Below, one piece after another: positions 46,526 to 55,487 of a stretch of DNA of 64,000 nucleotides. Each line of letters starts with the position of its first letter. Positions within the stretch are counted from its first letter, which is position 1. The notes under the pieces were generated by a model. The model saw only the letters and a program-made list of their open reading frames with translations, did not search any database and was not told where the DNA came from. Source of the stretch: Actinomycetes bacterium (GTDB taxonomy: Bacteria; Actinomycetota; Acidimicrobiia; Acidimicrobiales; Palsa-688); NCBI GenBank assembly GCA_021809105.1, contig JAKBAM010000002.1:201025-265024 (forward strand), written 5' to 3'. The position numbers and the translations under genes were made by a program.

Positions 46526-46770
46526 CTTGATCTCCTCACCATTTTTCGATCACAGGTTGTCACAGCTCGCAGGCCCAGGCCGTGATTGCCCCGTGGCTGA
46601 GCAAAACGCCCCCTGGCGACAGTGCGCCAATGTTGCGGTCTCACTGCGCTACCCTGAAGGAGTCGCCACCGCTACGCAGCAGTGTGGGAATGGATCGGGG
46701 CGACGAGCGGTTGGCGCATAGGGGAGCAAAGGCGCCCCAATAGGCGCCCGAGCGGGATGCCATCGCCCCG

Positions 46771-49700
46771 ATGGCGGTCCCGAATGCTCGACGCCGGCTG
46801 CGGTCCGCCGCCGGTATGCAGACGAAGTGGAGCAGAGCACTGGACCGGATCACCCTGGAGGCAGCGGCCGTCGCAGAGGCGACCGGCTATGCCTCGACCG
46901 ACGAGAGAGCCGCCCTGGAGGCGTCACCGCTGGCATGGGTCGGCGCGTTACGGCGCCTCATCTTCGAGACAGATGAGGCACTTAGCAGCGCGGCCCGCCT
47001 GCTTGGCGAGGAACGCGCCCAGGTCCTCGCCGACCTCAGCGCGGAGCGGCGGGCCCTGGCGACAGCCCTCGAGCGTCTGACCGGCGAAGTCCCCGCCGGT
47101 ACCGATGTTCGCAGGCCCCCTGCGCTCGAGCCCGAAGTCGAGCTGCCGGCCCCGCCACGCCTCCAAGCCTCCTGGGCCGACGGCCGAGTCGTGGTATGGG
47201 CGGCGGGGAGGGGCAGCTCGCCCCTCCCCGCCGACGAGCTCGACTCGATGCTCAAAGCGGCGGACGCCGGCGGGATCGACTGGGAGCACCACGCCTCGGT
47301 TGCTCTGCCGACGGGCCAGCGCGCCGATGCCCGCTCTGCGGCGATCGCGCAAACGCTCGGATGGTTGGTCGGCGTGGGAGCAGGCCAGGTCGGCAGCCGC
47401 GCGACTCTAGGGGCCAGCCTGGCGTGGATGGGCGAGATCGCGGTGTGGGGGGCGGAGCTTGTCGCGTCGGGCCGGATGGTCCCGGTCCTGCGAGGAAGCA
47501 CCGGGACCGGCGGTCCCCGCTCCGGGACCGCCCGGCACCGTATCCGGTGGGTTCCCGCGCTGCTGGCCCGGGACCGGCTGACCGACCTGGTCGACCGCAT
47601 GCCCGGCGCGGTGGTGGCTCTGCAGACCTCACCCCAACCCGAGGGCGTCTGCCGCTCGGTCCTTAGCGCGGTCGTCGATGCGGTGTCGCGCGCCGGAGCC
47701 GACCGCCTGGTCACGCCGGCCACCGTGCCCCAGGCCTCAAGCCGGGTCGAGATCTCCGAGGCGGTCCTCTCAGGCCTCGACGGCCGACCTTTCAGCGCCG
47801 AGGCCGAGCCGGCAGCCCGGCTCGCCGAGGATCTGAAGCGCTGGGCTGCTCCTGTGACCGTCGGCACCAAGATCGGATTGACGGTCCGGTTGGATCCGCC
47901 CGTCGATGACGGCGGGTGGTTGCTACGGGTGGAGGCCACGGGGGTCGACAAGGGGCCACTACCCGTGGAGCATGCCTTGGTCGTCGCGTCCGGCTCGAAG
48001 TCTCAACAAGTCGAGACCCAGCTGAGGCGCCTGGAGCGCCTCCTGCCGGTGCTGCGCCGGCCGAGCACCCGCCGAGGACAAGTCATCCTCGACGCGGAGG
48101 AGGCCGGCGAGCTGATGTTCAACCTCGGGTCGATCGTTGCGGCCGCTGGCTTCGAAGTGCTGCTACCAGTGGTATCCCGTAGGCGTCCGTCGCCACAGCT
48201 GAGGCTCTTCGCCGAGGCCATGGGCGGCCAGTCCCAGGTCGGCGTGGCACAGCTTTCCAACGTCCGCTGGTCCGTTCTCTTCGACGATCTCGAGCTCGAT
48301 GCCGCGGGCATCGCCAAGCTGGCCAGCGAAGCCCGGCCCTTGGTCCAGGTCAAGGGCCGCTGGGTCCGTATCGACCGGGCCGATCTGGCCGCCGCGGCCG
48401 CCGCGTTGGCCGAACGAGCTTCGATCACCCAGCTCGCCGGCGCCGCGCTGCTGCGGCACGCTGTAGGGCTCGAAGGCAACGCCCTCGGTGGTGCGGTGCG
48501 AGTCGAGGGCCACGGCTGGGCTGTGGACCTGGTGCAGGGTGCGACGACCCATCCCCCCGAACCACTCCAGGCGCCTTCGGGGTTCGAGGGTCACCTGCGC
48601 CACTACCAGGCGGAGGCGGCGGGGTGGCTCGGCTTCCTCGACCGAGCAAGACTTGGTGGCTGCCTGGCCATGGACATGGGCCTCGGCAAGACGCCCACCC
48701 TCCTCGCCCACCTCCTGGCCACGAGGGGCGACGGGCCGGCTCTGATCGTCTGCCCGCCCGCAGTGCTGAGCAACTGGGCCCGTGAAGCCGCCCGCTTCAC
48801 GCCGGGACTATCGGTGGCCCTGCACCACGGTCCGCGACGCGCGGATGCTGAGGGCTTGGTCCGCCTGTCGGCGAGCCACGATGTGGTGCTCACTACCTAC
48901 GCCACCGCCGTCCGAGACATCGATGCGCTGGCCCGGATCGATTGGCGTCGACTGGCGATAGACGAGGCCCAGGCCATCAAGAACCACACCAGCGACACCG
49001 CCCAGGCCCTCCGGCGGGTCCCCGCTCAGAGTCGCCTCGCCTTGACCGGGACTCCGGTCGAGAACGGCCTCGGGGACCTGTGGGCGATCTTGGACTTCAC
49101 CAACCCAGGACTGGTCGGGGGCCGGACTTCTTTCATCGAGCACTTGTCGCGCAACGGCGAAGGGCGCGCCGGCACGGAGGAAGGCGCCTTGCGGGCCCTG
49201 AACGGCCTCCTGGTCTTCCGCCGCACGAAGACCGAACCCGAGATCGCCGCCGAGCTGCCCGACAAGGTCGACAAGCTCGACTCGTGCGGGATGACCGCTG
49301 AGCAGGTCGGCTTGTACCAAGCCGTCGTCGACCGGTTGCTGGCCGAGGATCTCGATCAGGACAGCACCAAGCGCAAGGGTCAAGTGCTCGCCGCTATCAC
49401 TGCCCTCAAGCAGATCTGCGATCATCCGGCGGCCTACCTGGGTGATCACGACGCGGGAGCCGCCCTCGACGGACGCTCGGGCAAGTTGACCCGCCTCGAC
49501 GAGATCGTCGACGACGTGTTCGCGGCCGGGGAGCGTGTCCTCATCTTCACGCACTTCGCCCGCTGGGGCGAGAAGCTGGCTCGGTACCTGAGCGCCCGCA
49601 CGGGGACCGATGTCGGCTGCTATCACGGCGGCCTGTCCCGGACGGTGCGTGATGATCTCGTCGCCGAGTTCCAGCACGGCAAGGGCCCCGGCGCCCTCGT

Positions 49701-50052
49701 GCTGTCGATCAAGGCTGGTGGGTCGGGGCTCAACCTGACCGCCGCCCGCCATGTGGTCCTGTACGACCGGTGGTGGAACCCTGCGGTCGAGGATCAGGCC
49801 AGGGACCGTGCGTGGCGGATAGGCCAGACCAGCACCGTGCTGTCACACCGGTTGGTCTGCCCGGGGACGGTAGACGAACGGGTAGAGGAGATAGTCGCCG
49901 GCAAGCGGGAGGTGGCCGGCATGGTGCTACCCGCCCGCAGCTCTCTGGGAGACCTCGACGCAGCCCAGCTGCGTGCCGCGCTGGGCCTGGCGGTGGACGA
50001 GATCATCGAGGAGGAGTCGCCCCCCGCTGACAGCGAGGAGGAAGCCGCATGA
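46771..50052 (+). CDS. SNF2-family helicase (HelZ-like) with long N-terminal non-helicase region
   Basis: SNF2_N motif I LAMDMGLGKT, DEAQ box IDEAQAIKN and C-terminal helicase domain. Alternative start at 46816. Confidence 0.85.
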   Translation: MAVPNARRRLRSAAGMQTKWSRALDRITLEAAAVAEATGYASTDERAALEASPLAWVGALRRLIFETDEALSSAARLLGEERAQVLADLSAERRALATALERLTGEVPAGTDVRRPPALEPEVELPAPPRLQASWADGRVVVWAAGRGSSPLPADELDSMLKAADAGGIDWEHHASVALPTGQRADARSAAIAQTLGWLVGVGAGQVGSRATLGASLAWMGEIAVWGAELVASGRMVPVLRGSTGTGGPRSGTARHRIRWVPALLARDRLTDLVDRMPGAVVALQTSPQPEGVCRSVLSAVVDAVSRAGADRLVTPATVPQASSRVEISEAVLSGLDGRPFSAEAEPAARLAEDLKRWAAPVTVGTKIGLTVRLDPPVDDGGWLLRVEATGVDKGPLPVEHALVVASGSKSQQVETQLRRLERLLPVLRRPSTRRGQVILDAEEAGELMFNLGSIVAAAGFEVLLPVVSRRRPSPQLRLFAEAMGGQSQVGVAQLSNVRWSVLFDDLELDAAGIAKLASEARPLVQVKGRWVRIDRADLAAAAAALAERASITQLAGAALLRHAVGLEGNALGGAVRVEGHGWAVDLVQGATTHPPEPLQAPSGFEGHLRHYQAEAAGWLGFLDRARLGGCLAMDMGLGKTPTLLAHLLATRGDGPALIVCPPAVLSNWAREAARFTPGLSVALHHGPRRADAEGLVRLSASHDVVLTTYATAVRDIDALARIDWRRLAIDEAQAIKNHTSDTAQALRRVPAQSRLALTGTPVENGLGDLWAILDFTNPGLVGGRTSFIEHLSRNGEGRAGTEEGALRALNGLLVFRRTKTEPEIAAELPDKVDKLDSCGMTAEQVGLYQAVVDRLLAEDLDQDSTKRKGQVLAAITALKQICDHPAAYLGDHDAGAALDGRSGKLTRLDEIVDDVFAAGERVLIFTHFARWGEKLARYLSARTGTDVGCYHGGLSRTVRDDLVAEFQHGKGPGALVLSIKAGGSGLNLTAARHVVLYDRWWNPAVEDQARDRAWRIGQTSTVLSHRLVCPGTVDERVEEIVAGKREVAGMVLPARSSLGDLDAAQLRAALGLAVDEIIEEESPPADSEEEAA

Positions 50053-50065
50053 AAGGGATCTCGAC

Positions 50066-50326
50066 GTGAGCAAGAGAAGGCGACCCACCGCCAGTAAGCG
50101 CGTGGTGGACGCGAAGTTCTGGGGGCCCGATGAGGTGCCAGAGATCGTGCCGCCCCTGCTCGAGCCGACACCGGATCCTGCCGCGGTCGTTCGTTCCCTC
50201 GGGGCGCCCCCCTTGGCGGTGGACGCCTCTGTCGCAGAGCGGCACCTCACCGCCGTCTACGAGGAGGCGGTGCGGGCGGCCACCGCATTGGCTGCTGCCA
50301 ACGGGCTGCTCGCCCCTACCGACTGA
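50066..50326 (+). CDS. hypothetical small protein downstream of the SNF2 helicase
   Basis: GTG start 14 nt after the helicase stop with AAGGGA upstream. 86 aa, no recognisable domain. Confidence 0.35.
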   Translation: MSKRRRPTASKRVVDAKFWGPDEVPEIVPPLLEPTPDPAAVVRSLGAPPLAVDASVAERHLTAVYEEAVRAATALAAANGLLAPTD

Positions 50327-50399
50327 CTGTTCCTTCAGCGACGGGAACGTCACTCCGCCGGTACCGCGACGCGCCATGCGGGCCACCGCGAGGTGCGGC

Positions 50400-50624
50400 C
50401 TACTTGTACCGGTAGGTGATCCGACCGCGGGTCAGGTCATAGGGGCTGATCTCGACTTGCACCTTGTCGCCGGGCAGCACCCGGATACGGTTCATGCGCA
50501 TCTTGCCGGAGTTGTGGGCTAGCACTTCGTGTCCGTTGGCCAGCTCGACTTTGAACATGGCGTTCTTCAGCGCCTCGCTCACCGTGCCCTCCAGCACGAT
50601 TGCGTCTTCCTTCCCTTGGGGCAG
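50400..50624 (-). CDS. infA: translation initiation factor IF-1
   Basis: [55 protein letters not shown]. No in-frame AUG is close to the conserved N-terminus; probable CTG/non-AUG start 5 nt after GAGAGGAG. Confidence 0.8.
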   Translation of the reverse strand: MPQGKEDAIVLEGTVSEALKNAMFKVELANGHEVLAHNSGKMRMNRIRVLPGDKVQVEISPYDLTRGRITYRYK

Positions 50625-50807
50625 GACTGCTCCTCTCGTTCGTGCCGACGCCGCGCCGGCCGCCCTCAGTCTGGCGCATAGGAGGCCTCTAGCGCCACGG
50701 TTCCAGACAGCGACGGGTGGCTCTTGGTCCGCGAGGCGCCGGCCCGGGGATGCCACGCCGTAGGCTCATCGGGGTGGAAACCGGACGGGGGTCGGGGAGG
50801 TAGGACA

Positions 50808-51698
50808 ATGACTGTCGTCCTCGCCCTCCTGTCCGCCGCCTTGTTCGGCTCTGGTGTAGGCCTCCAGCAGCGCCCGGCGCGTGACGTCCCCGACACCTAC
50901 GCGGCCAGGCCAGGTCTCCTCGCGAAGGTGGCCCTCCGACCGCTTTGGCTGGCTGGGATCGTCGCCGAGATCGCCGGCTTCGCCCTGCAGGTCGTCGCCC
51001 TCCGCGACGGATCCCTGGTGGTCGTGCAGCCCCTCATCACCACCTCACTCCTCTTCACCCTCGCCCTTTCTGGGATGTGGTCGGGTGATTCGATCACCGC
51101 CCGGGAGTGGGTCGGGGTGGTTGCGGTGATCGCCGGTCTCTCGGCGTTCATGGTGCTGGCGGCGCCGAGCGAGCACAGCAGCGGCGTCGCCAGCCAGTCC
51201 GACTGGATCATCCTCGGAGCCACGATGGCCGGCGGGGTCGGCGCCTTGATGGTCAGCGGCTTTCGCCTGGGTGGCCGCAGTCGAGCCGCGCTCTTCGGCC
51301 TGGCGGCCGGCCTTGGCGACGCCGTGATGGCTGTGCTGACCAAGGCGCTGGCCCACTCGCTCGGTGGCGGGGTGGGGCACGCGGTGCACACGTGGTCTCC
51401 CTACGCCCTGTGCGTAGCTGGCATCGGTTCGCTCTTGCTCAGCCAAACCGCCTATCAGACCGGGCGCCCCACCGTGTCACTGCCCCTGATCACCGTCACC
51501 GACCCGATCATCAGCTCGGTCATCGGGATCGCACTCTTCGGCGAGGTGCTACGCCTAGACGGCCTGAGGGCGCCGGCTGTCGTCCTCGCCGCGGCAGTGA
51601 TGATCGTCGGTCTCGTCGCCCTCACGAGATCCACTGCGGTGATCGAGCGCCACGCCGAGGCGACCGCCGTCGACGAGCCGGCGTCTGATCCGGCATGA
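50808..51698 (+). CDS. DMT-superfamily (EamA-like) membrane transporter
   Basis: About 10 TM helices with duplicated 4-5 TM halves. First gene of a four-gene overlapping operon. Confidence 0.6.
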   Translation: MTVVLALLSAALFGSGVGLQQRPARDVPDTYAARPGLLAKVALRPLWLAGIVAEIAGFALQVVALRDGSLVVVQPLITTSLLFTLALSGMWSGDSITAREWVGVVAVIAGLSAFMVLAAPSEHSSGVASQSDWIILGATMAGGVGALMVSGFRLGGRSRAALFGLAAGLGDAVMAVLTKALAHSLGGGVGHAVHTWSPYALCVAGIGSLLLSQTAYQTGRPTVSLPLITVTDPIISSVIGIALFGEVLRLDGLRAPAVVLAAAVMIVGLVALTRSTAVIERHAEATAVDEPASDPA

Positions 51699-52834
51699 GC
51701 GAGCCGAGGGACCTGCGCGTCCCGCCCGCGCGGGTGGTGTTCAGCGCCGAGGACCGGGTCCGGGTCCTGGACCTGATCGACCAGTCGCTGCGGACCGGCT
51801 CCCTCACCCTCGGTCCGGTAGGGGCCGCCTTCGAGGAGGCGTTTGCTGCCAGCCATCGAGCCCCCCACGCCATCGCTACCTCTTCGGGCACCAGCGCCCT
51901 CGAGATCGCGCTGCGCTCCCTCGGCGTCACCGGCGAAGTGATCGTGCCCGCCAATACCTTCTTCGCTACAGCCGCCGCCGTCATCCATGCAGGCGCCCGA
52001 CCCCGCTTCGCGGACGTCGAGCGTGCCACGTTGTCGCTGTCGGCCGCCACGATCGAGGCGGCGCTGACCCCTGCGAGCACCGCGGTGGTCGCGGTCCACA
52101 TCGGCGGCCTGATCAGCTCCGAGATGGACTCAATCGCCCAGCTGTGCGCGGCGAAAGGTTTGGTGCTGATCGAGGATGCCGCTCACGCCCACGGCTCGAC
52201 CCTCGGGGGGCGCCACGCCGGCTCGTGGGGAAGGGCTGCGACCTTCTCGTTCTATCCGACCAAGGTCGTGGCCGGTGCAGAGGGCGGCATGATCCTCACT
52301 GGCGAGGCTGAGCTGGCAGCGGAAGCTCGAATATTTCGTGACCAGGGAAAGGCCGGGTTCCATGGTGGTGCCCACGTGCGGCTGGGATCCGCTTGGCGGA
52401 TGAGCGAGGTTCACGCGGCGGTCGGCTTGGTGCACCACGGGCGGCTCGACGCAGCCGTCGCCACCCGCCGGCGTGTCGCGGCTTTTTACCACTCGGAGCT
52501 GGCCGATCTGGACGGCATTACCGGCCAGGCCGAGCCGTCCGGCGCCAGGAGCTGCCACTACAAGTACGTCGCCTTCCTGGAGGTGGGCGTGGACCGGGAG
52601 CGATTGCGGACCGTGCTCCGGGAAGATCACGGCGTGGCGCTGTCGGGCGAGGTGTATCCCCGCCCTCTCCATCACGAGCCGGTTTTCGCAGATGTCCTCC
52701 ACGGCGGCCTCCCCGAGACAGAAGACGTCTGCGCCCGCCACGTCTGCCTACCTGTGTACTCCGATATGACCGACGAAGAAGCTGGCATCGTCGTGTCAGC
52801 CCTTCGCTCGGCGCTCCCACGGGCCCGGCAATGA
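51695..52834 (+). CDS. DegT/DnrJ/EryC1/StrS-family PLP-dependent aminotransferase
   Basis: ATGA overlap with the DMT gene. Family fold with the conserved region GTSALEIALRSLG...VIVPANTFFAT. 379 aa. Confidence 0.85.
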   Translation: MSEPRDLRVPPARVVFSAEDRVRVLDLIDQSLRTGSLTLGPVGAAFEEAFAASHRAPHAIATSSGTSALEIALRSLGVTGEVIVPANTFFATAAAVIHAGARPRFADVERATLSLSAATIEAALTPASTAVVAVHIGGLISSEMDSIAQLCAAKGLVLIEDAAHAHGSTLGGRHAGSWGRAATFSFYPTKVVAGAEGGMILTGEAELAAEARIFRDQGKAGFHGGAHVRLGSAWRMSEVHAAVGLVHHGRLDAAVATRRRVAAFYHSELADLDGITGQAEPSGARSCHYKYVAFLEVGVDRERLRTVLREDHGVALSGEVYPRPLHHEPVFADVLHGGLPETEDVCARHVCLPVYSDMTDEEAGIVVSALRSALPRARQ

Positions 52835-53571
52835 CCGGGAGCGCATCCCGTCGCCTCGGCGCTGCGAGTGCGGGTTTCGCCGGCATGTTCGCCGCCATCC
52901 AGTGGGTGCCGAGCGTCGTCAGCCTCGGTCAATGGCTGCCTGTTCGGTCGCTCCCATCGGGATGGTGCAGTTGGCGTGGGCGCCCTGGCACCACAGTGGC
53001 GCTCACCTTCGACGACGGTCCCGACCCCGCGACCACCCCCCGCATCCTCGACGCCCTCGATCGGCTGGGCCTGGTAGCCACCTTCTTCTGCACCGGCGCG
53101 CACGTCGAACGCCACCCTGGCTTGGCCTGCGAGCTACGAGACCGGGGGCACGCAGTCGGATCTCACGGCTATGCCCACGAGCACCACCTCTTACATGGCC
53201 CCGGCTGGATTGCCCGGGATCTCGACGCGGCCCTGAGGGTGTCGGCAGCGGCGGGGCTCAGCCCCCGGTGGTACCGGCCTCCTTACGGGCAGTGCAGCGG
53301 CCCGACCCTCTTCGCGGCGCGCCGGAGGGGCCTGAGTACGGTCCTGTGGTCGGCATGGGGACGGGAGTGGGCTGCACCCGACGCCGGAGCGGTGGCCGCT
53401 CGCGTCGGTGCGGCGCTGGCGCCCGGAGCGGTCGTGCTACTCCATGACAGCGACGCCTTCTCGCCACCCGGGTCGGTCGAGCGCACCCTGGTTGCGCTCG
53501 AGTCTGTTGCCGCTGACCTGGCCGACCGCGGTCTGCGCGCCGCCACCCTCGACGAGGTAATGGCGGAGTGA
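52831..53571 (+). CDS. polysaccharide deacetylase (NodB-homology, CE4) family protein
   Basis: ATGA overlap. NodB motifs TFDDGP and HGYAHEH. Hydrophobic N-terminus. Confidence 0.8.
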   Translation: MTGSASRRLGAASAGFAGMFAAIQWVPSVVSLGQWLPVRSLPSGWCSWRGRPGTTVALTFDDGPDPATTPRILDALDRLGLVATFFCTGAHVERHPGLACELRDRGHAVGSHGYAHEHHLLHGPGWIARDLDAALRVSAAAGLSPRWYRPPYGQCSGPTLFAARRRGLSTVLWSAWGREWAAPDAGAVAARVGAALAPGAVVLLHDSDAFSPPGSVERTLVALESVAADLADRGLRAATLDEVMAE

Positions 53572-54716
53572 GACTGCGGCGGGTGATGTTCCTCTCCGGC
53601 TCTTTGGGCAAGGGGCACGATGTGGTCGCCGAGGCCTGCGCCGCAGCCCTGGCGCCCTACAGCGTGGAGTCGACGGTGCTCGATTCGATGCGGCTCCTCG
53701 GTGGCGGCGCGGCCGCTGCCGGCGACTGGGCCTTCAAGCGGCTGCTGTCGGTGACCGCCATCTACGACGCCTTCCATTTCTCCCAGCTGCGTGACGACGG
53801 CCGCCTCGGCCGAGCGGCCGACCGGGCGGCTGTGGACAAGATGCACCGGGCTTTGAGCCGGGAGATCGACCGCTTCGGACCGCAGCTGGTCGTCCCGGTG
53901 TTCGCCACCGGTGCGGGGGCCGCGATCCGGCTCAAGCGGGAAGGTGGCACTTTCTCCACCATGGTCGTCATGACCGACTCCTTTGCTCATCGGATGTGGG
54001 TTCACGAGGGCACCGACGCCTTCCTCGTGACTTCTGCCGCTGCGGCCGAATCCGTGCGCCGGTACTGGCCGGAAGCGCCTGTGTCGGTCGTCGCGGCCCC
54101 GGTGCGGCCCGAGTTCTACGAGGCTCCCCCCCGGGCCGAAGCCCGTTCGCGCCTCGGGGTGCCCCCCGATGTCAGCTGCGTGCTGTTGATGTCGGGCGCG
54201 TGGGGGCTCGGGCCGCTGGACGAGGCGTCTGAAGCGCTGTCAGCCGACGGTACCTGGGTGCTGGCGGTGGCGGGGACGAACACCACCATGGAGCGCTCCC
54301 TCCGCCGCCTTGCGGACCGCCAGCCGAACATCGTGGCCTTCGGCTACACCGACCGGGTGCCTGAGCTCATGTCGGCGTGCGACGTGGTAGTCACCAGCTC
54401 CGGCGACACCTGCAGCGAAGCCCGTACTCTCGGTCGGGGGATCATCCTCATCGACGTCGTGCCGGGTCACGGACGTGAGAACTTGATGCATGAGCTGGAG
54501 TTGGGTGGCGCCACCGCCTGCCTCCCGAACGCGGGGTCGATCGCCAGGGCGGTGCGCAGTTTCCTCGGTGACCCGCAGAGGTCGAAGGTGGCGCCGGCGG
54601 CCGATCCCAGGGCCGCCGAGAAGCAGTTCCTGGATGCCGTGAGGGCGATAGGGTTCGAGCTACCGGAGAACCAGCTGTCAGCCAACCGGATGGGTGGTTC
54701 ACGAAAGACGGTCTGA
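53568..54716 (+). CDS. MGDG-synthase-family (GT28, UgtP-like) glycosyltransferase
   Basis: ATGA overlap. N-terminal LSGSLGKGHDVVAEA matches the MGDG_synth domain. GT28 C-terminal domain. Confidence 0.8.
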   Translation: MRLRRVMFLSGSLGKGHDVVAEACAAALAPYSVESTVLDSMRLLGGGAAAAGDWAFKRLLSVTAIYDAFHFSQLRDDGRLGRAADRAAVDKMHRALSREIDRFGPQLVVPVFATGAGAAIRLKREGGTFSTMVVMTDSFAHRMWVHEGTDAFLVTSAAAAESVRRYWPEAPVSVVAAPVRPEFYEAPPRAEARSRLGVPPDVSCVLLMSGAWGLGPLDEASEALSADGTWVLAVAGTNTTMERSLRRLADRQPNIVAFGYTDRVPELMSACDVVVTSSGDTCSEARTLGRGIILIDVVPGHGRENLMHELELGGATACLPNAGSIARAVRSFLGDPQRSKVAPAADPRAAEKQFLDAVRAIGFELPENQLSANRMGGSRKTV

Positions 54717-55487
54717 GAGCATCCGGTAGGCGTTGGGGAGCACCCGCCGGATCCTCACGGGCAGGCCGAGCCATCCGGGCACGACCCGGTCGGGGCAGCC
54801 GTGCGCAAGGCAGTAGAGGATGGCTTCAGCCACCTCAGAGGCCGGTATGGGGCTCGGCCAGGCCCGCGCATAGGGTTGGTTGCGCCGTCGGAAGAAGTCG
54901 GTGGCGACGACACCGGGGTTGACGACCGACACCTTGACGCCGCGGGGGCGCAGCTCGACTCGCAAGGCTTCGCCCAGCGCCGCCAGGCCCGCCTTCGACG
55001 CGGAGTAAGCGGCCTCGCCGCCCAAGGGGAGCAGCCCGGTGATGGATCCCACCAGAACGATCTGGCCTCCGCCCCCGGCGATCAGGTGGGGGAGAGCAGA
55101 GCGTAGCAGGTGGGCGCCGGCGCGTAGGTTGATGTCGAGCACGGCGTCGAGCTCGCCGGCGGTCATGGTCTGGAAGGGGCCGGCCCAGCCGGCGCCGGCG
55201 TTGGAGATGACGATGTCGAGCCGGCCGAGTGCGGCGACGGCCTGGGCCACTGCCTCCGAAGGACCGGTGGATGTCGCAAGATCGGCCTGAATCGTCACCG
55301 GCCCGGTGAAGTCACGGGCTACGTCTACGAGGGCGGTGAGGTCTCGGCCCACTACAGCGACTCGGATCCCTTCGGCATCGAGCAGCCTGGCCGTCGCCGC
55401 GCCGATCCCGCTCGACGCCCCGGTGACCAAGGCCGTGCGCCCCGGCGGGAGGCGTGCGCGGCGGCGGCCGGGATCAGCTCGGCTCAC
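54699..55487 (-). CDS. classical short-chain dehydrogenase/reductase (SDR), translationally coupled to hpnH
   Basis: TGASSGIG cofactor motif and YSASK catalytic motif. GTG start forms a GTGA overlap with the hpnH stop. Confidence 0.7.
   Translation of the reverse strand: MSRADPGRRRARLPPGRTALVTGASSGIGAATARLLDAEGIRVAVVGRDLTALVDVARDFTGPVTIQADLATSTGPSEAVAQAVAALGRLDIVISNAGAGWAGPFQTMTAGELDAVLDINLRAGAHLLRSALPHLIAGGGGQIVLVGSITGLLPLGGEAAYSASKAGLAALGEALRVELRPRGVKVSVVNPGVVATDFFRRRNQPYARAWPSPIPASEVAEAILYCLAHGCPDRVVPGWLGLPVRIRRVLPNAYRMLSDRLS

Noticed and set aside
46887-47951. 354-aa minus-strand ORF
   Set aside because: It is antisense to the SNF2 helicase N-terminal region. It is Ser/Arg/Ala-rich with no domain.
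20536-50052. DISARM-like defence system (SNF2 helicase plus PLD)
   Set aside because: The PLD and the SNF2 gene are 26 kb apart with unrelated intervening genes. There is no DUF1998, DrmA helicase or methyltransferase.
52393-52830. N-terminal extension of the deacetylase ORF overlapping the DegT gene
   Set aside because: The extension is Arg-rich, carries no homology, and fully overlaps the well-supported aminotransferase frame. The real start is the ATG at 52831 with an ATGA overlap.
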